Below are positions 42,182 to 46,513 of a stretch of 46,513 nucleotides of DNA, piece by piece; position 1 is the stretch's first letter; every line of letters begins with the position of its first letter. The position numbers and the translations under genes are program-made. This stretch comes from Minisyncoccota bacterium. Lineage in GTDB: Bacteria; Patescibacteriota; Minisyncoccia; Phycocordibacterales; JAACPR01. Location: the NCBI GenBank assembly GCA_032117135.1, contig JAULZV010000020.1, forward strand, positions 1 to 46,513, read 5' to 3'. A model generated the notes under the pieces. That model saw nothing but the letters and a program-made list of their open reading frames with translations. It made no database searches and was not told the DNA's origin.

Positions 42182-42463
42182 TTAATTCACATCTTTTTGA
42201 TGAGATCTCAAAAATTTGAATAAACTACCAGTAAAGAGAAGTGTCAAAATTCCCAGCAACAAAAGAAGTGATGGATGTTCGTTGAATGGCCAAATACCAA
42301 CAATGATAGCTTCGAATCCCTTAAGAGATGCAATCGAACCAAATATAACAAGAAAAGAAAAAATAAGTGGATACTGAGCGAGAACACTTCTTGATTTTTG
42401 ACCCATGTATTCGTTTGTATCACGTGTGTACTTTTCGAGAGTGTCGAGATGTTTTTTGAGCAT
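42182..42463 (-). CDS. small membrane protein (93 aa, 2 TM), hypothetical
   Basis: Charged N-terminus and two hydrophobic helices. TAAAAT lies 6 nt upstream of the ATG. Confidence 0.5.
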   Translation of the reverse strand: MLKKHLDTLEKYTRDTNEYMGQKSRSVLAQYPLIFSFLVIFGSIASLKGFEAIIVGIWPFNEHPSLLLLLGILTLLFTGSLFKFLRSHQKDVN

Positions 42464-42509
42464 GAGATAATTTTATATTGTTTTTGAGTGTGACACAAAT
42501 CGTACAGAT

Positions 42510-42540
42510 AATATATTTCTTGGATTACAAGAAATATATT
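42510..42540. promoter_or_regulatory. perfect 13-bp inverted repeat (candidate operator)
   Basis: AATATATTTCTTG (42510-42522), GATTA, CAAGAAATATATT (42528-42540), in the divergent intergenic region between 42463(-) and 42657(+). Confidence 0.5.
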
Positions 42541-42617
42541 GAATACAATTTCAAGTTCATATATTAACCACGACGCTTTCTTATAATTTAGTAACAATCT
42601 TCTTCAGTATTTTAAAG

Positions 42618-42646
42618 TTTGACAACAATAATTTACAATGATATAA
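42618..42646 (+). promoter_or_regulatory. sigma70-type promoter TTGACA-N17-(TGa)TATAAA, 10 nt before ATG 42657
   Basis: TTGACA at 42618-42623, TGA at 42638-42640, TATAAA at 42641-42646. Confidence 0.5.
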
Positions 42647-42656
42647 AAATCATGGT

Positions 42657-43136
42657 ATGAGCACATCATCAACTACCCATCCGTCCCCGCGTCCCAAGAC
42701 GCATCTTTTTAACCTCAAACCATTCGTCGCATGGCTCAAAAGGCTCTGTACCAAGCATCAACCACCAGATCCACTTATTATGGAGTTGGTCATCACACCA
42801 GGCATGACTCGAAAAGAATTCACTCAGCTCGTCGCAGCCTGCTTTGTCGGGGTTGATCGTCCAGAAAAATCTTTTGCTCCAGGGATCAAAATTTTTAATT
42901 CCCTTGATCCTCATCTCATCAATCTCTACTGGGGTGGCAGACCTCACACTATGATATTTGGTGTACGATTCCGTGGGGAATATCATTATCCTGTCGAGAT
43001 CACTCTTCACCCGGAGACCAGCAAATTTCTTCACGGGGCATATCGAGCAATCGACACTAATGATTTCACGGACTTCGTAGGAACGCACACTCTCAACATG
43101 ACACCCTTGAAATGTCGATTCTCTATTGGTACATAA
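42657..43136 (+). CDS. hypothetical protein (159 aa, orphan)
   Basis: ATG ORF with an S/T/P/H-rich N-terminus (MSTSSTTHPSPRPK). Has its own promoter and terminator and looks more G+C-rich than the housekeeping genes. No family recognised. Confidence 0.55.
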   Translation: MSTSSTTHPSPRPKTHLFNLKPFVAWLKRLCTKHQPPDPLIMELVITPGMTRKEFTQLVAACFVGVDRPEKSFAPGIKIFNSLDPHLINLYWGGRPHTMIFGVRFRGEYHYPVEITLHPETSKFLHGAYRAIDTNDFTDFVGTHTLNMTPLKCRFSIGT

Positions 43137-43182
43137 TTACAATGTACCACGGAGAGAACCTAGATCCTCCTCCAACACAACC

Positions 43183-43218
43183 CACCCCTCCAAGAGCAAT
43201 CTTGCGCAGGGGTGTTTT
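43183..43218 (+). terminator. intrinsic terminator-like hairpin
   Basis: CACCCCT (43183-43189) pairs with AGGGGTG (43208-43214), with an inner CAAG/CTTG pairing, then TTTT (43215-43218). Confidence 0.55.
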
Positions 43219-43242
43219 ATTAGAATGAAAGAGCGTCATATG

Positions 43243-44298
43243 TTATTTTAAAAGTAAATCAGACAACGCAGACCGTACATAATTAATACCGTCCGGGTTT
43301 TCGGGTCGCTTGGGATGTACTCGATTTGAAAGCAAAACACATGCGCTCATCTTGAGAGGATCAATCAGTACATGACATCCTGTATACCCACGCTTACCAA
43401 CTGCATGACCAGATGCATGAGCACCCATAAACCGTGGATCGCTCATTTCCCATCCAAATCCTGACGAAGCATCTTGTTGTGAGACCTGATCAGTCATCAT
43501 CTCTCTCACCATCTGCTCAGAAAAATATCTCTTTTTATCAATCTCTCCTTTTTGGAGTAGCATTTCACAAAAACGAAGAAGGTCGGGCGTAGTTGAAAAT
43601 AATCCTGCAATACCAACTGGACGCGTCGTACCTAATACATAGCTACTTTCATCGTGTACTTCTCCATGGAGCGTTTTTCCTCTCCACTCATCAAATTCGG
43701 TTGGAGCAATTTCTTCTAACGAAAAATTTTTAAGAGGAAAAAACGTAGTTCGATTCATCCCGAGTGGTCCAAAGAACATTTCTTGAGCTACTTCATCGAT
43801 ACCTTTTCCGGTAATACGCTCGATCACTTTGGTCGTAAGGAGTGATGTGGCTCCAACATATATATAATTTGTTCCCGGAGGATATTTGAGTGTAGCCTCT
43901 ACAACTGTTTTGACTATTTCATCAGGACTCATTTCTTTCATTGAAGACATCCCAGGCAAAACCATATCAAGTGTATAGGTAAGTAAATGAAAAAGTGTCA
44001 CACCTCTCTTATCTTCAGATGTATCAAATTCAGGAATAAACAAATAGACAGGATCGCTTATCTGTACGACACCATCATCGATGAGTTTGATAAGTATCGA
44101 AGATGTAGGGATTGTTTTTGTAACTGATGCAATATCATACAACGTATCTTGAGTGACGTGTGGTGTCGTTTTTTGATATCCATGTTGCCCAAATGCCATA
44201 ATGTGCTTCTCACCATTCTTAATCCATCCAACGGTACATCCGGGAAATATCTTATCCTCAATAGCTCTATGCATCAGTAGTGAAATTTGTTCTTTCAT
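43243..44298 (-). CDS. serine hydrolase, beta-lactamase (class C/PBP4*-like) family
   Basis: SxxK motif in DIASVTKT and the overall beta-lactamase-related pattern (YSN-like region, C-terminal GYTG). Start at MKEQISLL, supported by TGATATATT 6 nt upstream. Confidence 0.85.
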   Translation of the reverse strand: MKEQISLLMHRAIEDKIFPGCTVGWIKNGEKHIMAFGQHGYQKTTPHVTQDTLYDIASVTKTIPTSSILIKLIDDGVVQISDPVYLFIPEFDTSEDKRGVTLFHLLTYTLDMVLPGMSSMKEMSPDEIVKTVVEATLKYPPGTNYIYVGATSLLTTKVIERITGKGIDEVAQEMFFGPLGMNRTTFFPLKNFSLEEIAPTEFDEWRGKTLHGEVHDESSYVLGTTRPVGIAGLFSTTPDLLRFCEMLLQKGEIDKKRYFSEQMVREMMTDQVSQQDASSGFGWEMSDPRFMGAHASGHAVGKRGYTGCHVLIDPLKMSACVLLSNRVHPKRPENPDGINYVRSALSDLLLK

Positions 44299-44304
44299 AT
44301 GCAA

Positions 44305-44313
44305 AATATATCA
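44305..44313 (-). promoter_or_regulatory. extended -10 (TGATATATT), N6 before ATG 44298
   Basis: The minus strand reads TGATATATT-TTGCAT-ATG. Confidence 0.45.
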
Positions 44314-44359
44314 CAAAGAATTTTGTACTCAAAGAAAGAGTCATGTCGAACCGTTTATC

Positions 44360-44388
44360 TTGTCATACTCATGTAAAAGTGGTATATC
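44360..44388 (+). promoter_or_regulatory. sigma70-type promoter TTGTCA-N17-(TGg)TATATC, 10 nt before ATG 44399
   Basis: TTGTCA at 44360-44365, TGG at 44380-44382, TATATC at 44383-44388. Same geometry as the 42618-42646 promoter. Confidence 0.45.
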
Positions 44389-44398
44389 CTTAAATGAA

Positions 44399-44818
44399 AT
44401 GAGCACATCTACCCAACCACCCCACCCTCCAAGAGGATCGAGATTGACAGAGAATGGTCTGTATTGCTTCGTGATTACCAAGCACACTCAAAAGATTGAT
44501 TTTGTCAGAGCAGTCGCCCTGTATTACACTCCTCTGCCAGACAGTCAACCAGAGGATGAGTCGACTCCTCTTGCTCAGAATGGGCATTTGGATATCTATT
44601 CTCTCAATTTCGTCGACTTCTCCGGTGAGGGTATCGTCCTTTTGTTTGAAGACGGTATCAATGGCATGTATATCCAAATCAATCCTGAAGCAATTGCCGA
44701 GCTCAAACAAATTCTGGATTACATCAATACTCCAAATGATCAAAAGCCAAATCAACCTCAGGAATACGAAATTGATTTAAGAGCACGGCACTTCAAACCT
44801 TATTCGTTTTCATGCTAA
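44399..44818 (+). CDS. hypothetical protein (139 aa, orphan)
   Basis: In-frame ATG within track ORF 44201-44818. N-terminus MSTSTQPPHPPRGSR. Its first 11 nt (ATGAGCACATC) are identical to those of the 42657 gene. Followed by a strong terminator. Confidence 0.5.
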   Translation: MSTSTQPPHPPRGSRLTENGLYCFVITKHTQKIDFVRAVALYYTPLPDSQPEDESTPLAQNGHLDIYSLNFVDFSGEGIVLLFEDGINGMYIQINPEAIAELKQILDYINTPNDQKPNQPQEYEIDLRARHFKPYSFSC

Positions 44819-44874
44819 TTCGATCGATACATCTTGGATTCGATCGACCCATCCTTCAAGGTCCGCTCTTCACG

Positions 44875-44899
44875 CCCCGCGCATATGCGCGGGGTTTTT
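44875..44899 (+). terminator. rho-independent terminator (palindromic GC stem)
   Basis: CCCCGCGCAT (44875-44884) pairs with ATGCGCGGGG (44885-44894), then TTTTT (44895-44899). Abuts the stop codon of the convergent photolyase-like gene. Confidence 0.75.
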
Positions 44900-46343
44900 A
44901 ATGGATATACTTTTTTGCAATACTGAGATACTTTTGTTTCTTTTGTTCATCCATCTTGTCAAAAATTCGAGGCATCATTGAAAGCCTGTGGTTACTAGAG
45001 AAAAAATCATAATGAGTAGAAATAAAATTCCAATAGAGAGCAGTCCATGTTTCTTCCCACTCGCCACGAGGATAGTCAGACATTTTTTTGATGTAATTAC
45101 TTCCAGAGATATATGGCTTGGTAGCAAACAAACCACCGTCAGCAAATTGACTCATTGCATACACATTAGGAACCATAACCCAATCATATGCATCAACATA
45201 CAGAGCCATAAACCATCGATACACTTCATCTGGATGTATCTGACTGAGCAACATAAAATTTCCAAGCACCATCAGTCTGTCTATGTGATGTGTATACCCA
45301 TACCGAAGTGCTTTTTTGATTGCAGTATCTACGGGAATAATTCCAGTTTCTCCTGTCCAAAAGTTTTGAGGTAACTTACGCGTATGCTTCCAGAAGTTTG
45401 TGCCTCGCATACTCACATGATCACATTCGTATGCAGCTCGCACAAATTCTCGCCATCCGATAATTTGTCGGACAAATCCTTCGAGAGAATTCAGGGGTGT
45501 ATTATGAATATCTGCATACCGTATCGCACTATCGATTACCTGCTGAGGTTCTAATAATCCAACATTCAAAAGTGGTGACAAGGTAGAATGAAATAATCGA
45601 ACATCTTGAGTTGTTATAGCGTCTTCATATGAACCAAAATCTGCAAAACGATCTTTCAAAAAATCCTGCAGAAAATCCTCAGCCGTGGCGTAAGTATACG
45701 GAATCCAACACCCAACATCTCCGTATTTGTCTGTATCTACCGTATCTAACCATTCTTGCATCTGTATGAGGTCAAAATTTTGCTCTACAATAATATCCTC
45801 AGGCAGTTGTAAATTTTTGGGGATTTTTTTGCGATTATCCTGATCAAAACTCCATTTCCCACCTACAGGAGTGCCGTCTTCATTACATAATATCTGTTTG
45901 TCTTGGCGAATTTTTTTGTAAAACTGAGCCATACTTTTTTTGGAGGCGAGGTATCGATGCGTTGCATCTTCTTTGGAAAGTATAAACAAAGGTGATTCAT
46001 ACCACACTCTTTTTATATTAGATTGAACAATAGCTTTTTCGAGATAATAGTCTGTTGTATCTACAATATGCATCGTTTGTACCCCTTCTTTTTGAAGATA
46101 CTGGAACACATCTTTTGTATGAGGATATGTTTTGAGTGTGAGACGAACGATTATGTGTCCTTCTTTCTCTAATTGTTTTTGATAGGCATCAAGACTTAAT
46201 TTATGAAATATTAATTTTTGAGTATGTATTGGGTTGTATGACAATATCAACGATTCTTCTACCAAAATTATTGTTCGCCCTTTTTTGATGGCTGGTGATT
46301 GTTTAAATAATTGATGAGGATATATGACAGTTACTTCGTTCAT
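44898..46343 (-). CDS. cryptochrome/photolyase-related protein (COG3046 / FeS-BCP-like family)
   Basis: The N-terminal IYPHQLF pattern and the C-terminal GWREF, HHIDRLMVLGNF, YDWVMVPNVYAMSQFADGG..ATKPYISGSNYIKKMSDY are typical of the prokaryotic (6-4)-photolyase-related clade. Confidence 0.8.
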   Translation of the reverse strand: MNEVTVIYPHQLFKQSPAIKKGRTIILVEESLILSYNPIHTQKLIFHKLSLDAYQKQLEKEGHIIVRLTLKTYPHTKDVFQYLQKEGVQTMHIVDTTDYYLEKAIVQSNIKRVWYESPLFILSKEDATHRYLASKKSMAQFYKKIRQDKQILCNEDGTPVGGKWSFDQDNRKKIPKNLQLPEDIIVEQNFDLIQMQEWLDTVDTDKYGDVGCWIPYTYATAEDFLQDFLKDRFADFGSYEDAITTQDVRLFHSTLSPLLNVGLLEPQQVIDSAIRYADIHNTPLNSLEGFVRQIIGWREFVRAAYECDHVSMRGTNFWKHTRKLPQNFWTGETGIIPVDTAIKKALRYGYTHHIDRLMVLGNFMLLSQIHPDEVYRWFMALYVDAYDWVMVPNVYAMSQFADGGLFATKPYISGSNYIKKMSDYPRGEWEETWTALYWNFISTHYDFFSSNHRLSMMPRIFDKMDEQKKQKYLSIAKKYIH

Positions 46344-46513
46344 GATGGTTTTGTATTATATTACGATACCACACAAGAAGATGTTTAGAAATGACCTCCT
46401 CCCCGGCCTCTCGCTCCGCTTCGACCGGGGTTTCCAACATGGCATGAAAATTCTAATCGAACAATCGGGCGTTTTTTGGTTTATCTTTTTTGCCTTGCCA
46501 TTGTATGTACTGT

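Noticed and set aside
44819-44848. Direct repeat ATTCGATCGA (44819-28 and 44839-48), each containing the palindrome TCGATCGA
   Set aside because: The repeat is short, lies between a stop codon and a terminator, and TCGATCGA also occurs by chance inside capA (about 10197) and dnaK (about 18155). The evidence for function is insufficient.
46391-46447. 18-codon ORF MTSSPASRSASTGVSNMA in a GC-rich patch with hairpin CCCCGG...CCGGGG (46401-46430), reminiscent of the S/T/P-rich N-termini of the two orphans
   Set aside because: It is too short, it lacks the promoter-N10-ATG module, and the window ends 66 nt later. It could be a remnant or a terminator for an element beyond the window, which cannot be judged from here.
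1-46513. tRNA, rRNA, tmRNA, RNase P or SRP RNA genes; transposase, integrase or phage genes; an alternative genetic code
   Set aside because: I found no T-loop/acceptor-type sequences, no GAGGAAAGTCC-type (RNase P) or GGAAGCAGCC-type (SRP) cores, and no recombinase-like ORFs. All conserved genes are full-length under the standard bacterial code, and TGA is used as a stop, for example at 637-639. Detecting structured RNA by eye is unreliable, so Infernal and tRNAscan should still be run.

Overview
The window is 46.5 kb of a streamlined, low-GC bacterial chromosome. Protein lengths and domain content suggest a Patescibacteria/CPR-type organism: short L13, AlaRS without a C-terminal domain, a cysteine-free DnaJ, and a sigma-region-4/HARE-HTH protein. 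This placement is an inference and I could not verify it. About 40 of roughly 48 genes lie on the minus strand in near-contiguous housekeeping operons. These include the cell envelope genes murG, ftsW, mraY, an S11 carboxypeptidase, an M23 peptidase, two mltG paralogs and capA. They also include scpAB, grpE-dnaK-dnaJ, the rpsM-rpsK-rpsD-rpoA-rplQ-rplM-rpsI block with infA, five translation-related enzymes (gltX, trpS, alaS, leuS, mnmA), ychF, msrB and an ABC-F ATPase. I found no rRNA, tRNA, CRISPR array, transposase or integrase.

The points most worth a second look are these:
1. A recurrent promoter grammar: an extended -10 box, consensus TGnTATACT, ends 5-10 nt before the ATG at about 20 genes, and Shine-Dalgarno sequences are almost absent. 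This predicts pervasive leaderless mRNAs.
2. A 568-bp gene-free convergent gap (1013-1580) holding three tandem hairpin-plus-conserved-box modules.
3. Several plus-strand orphan cassettes that look more G+C-rich. Each has its own promoter and a GC-rich terminator. Two of them flank a serine hydrolase and share an identical 11-nt start.
4. A degenerate PilM/FtsA-like protein paired with a large single-pass membrane protein, sitting between alaS and infA.
5. An ATP-cone/PD-(D/E)xK nuclease fusion.
6. A photolyase-related protein with too few cysteines to hold the [4Fe-4S] cluster of its family.

I see no clear multi-gene defence or mobile system. All functional calls come from motif recognition by eye.
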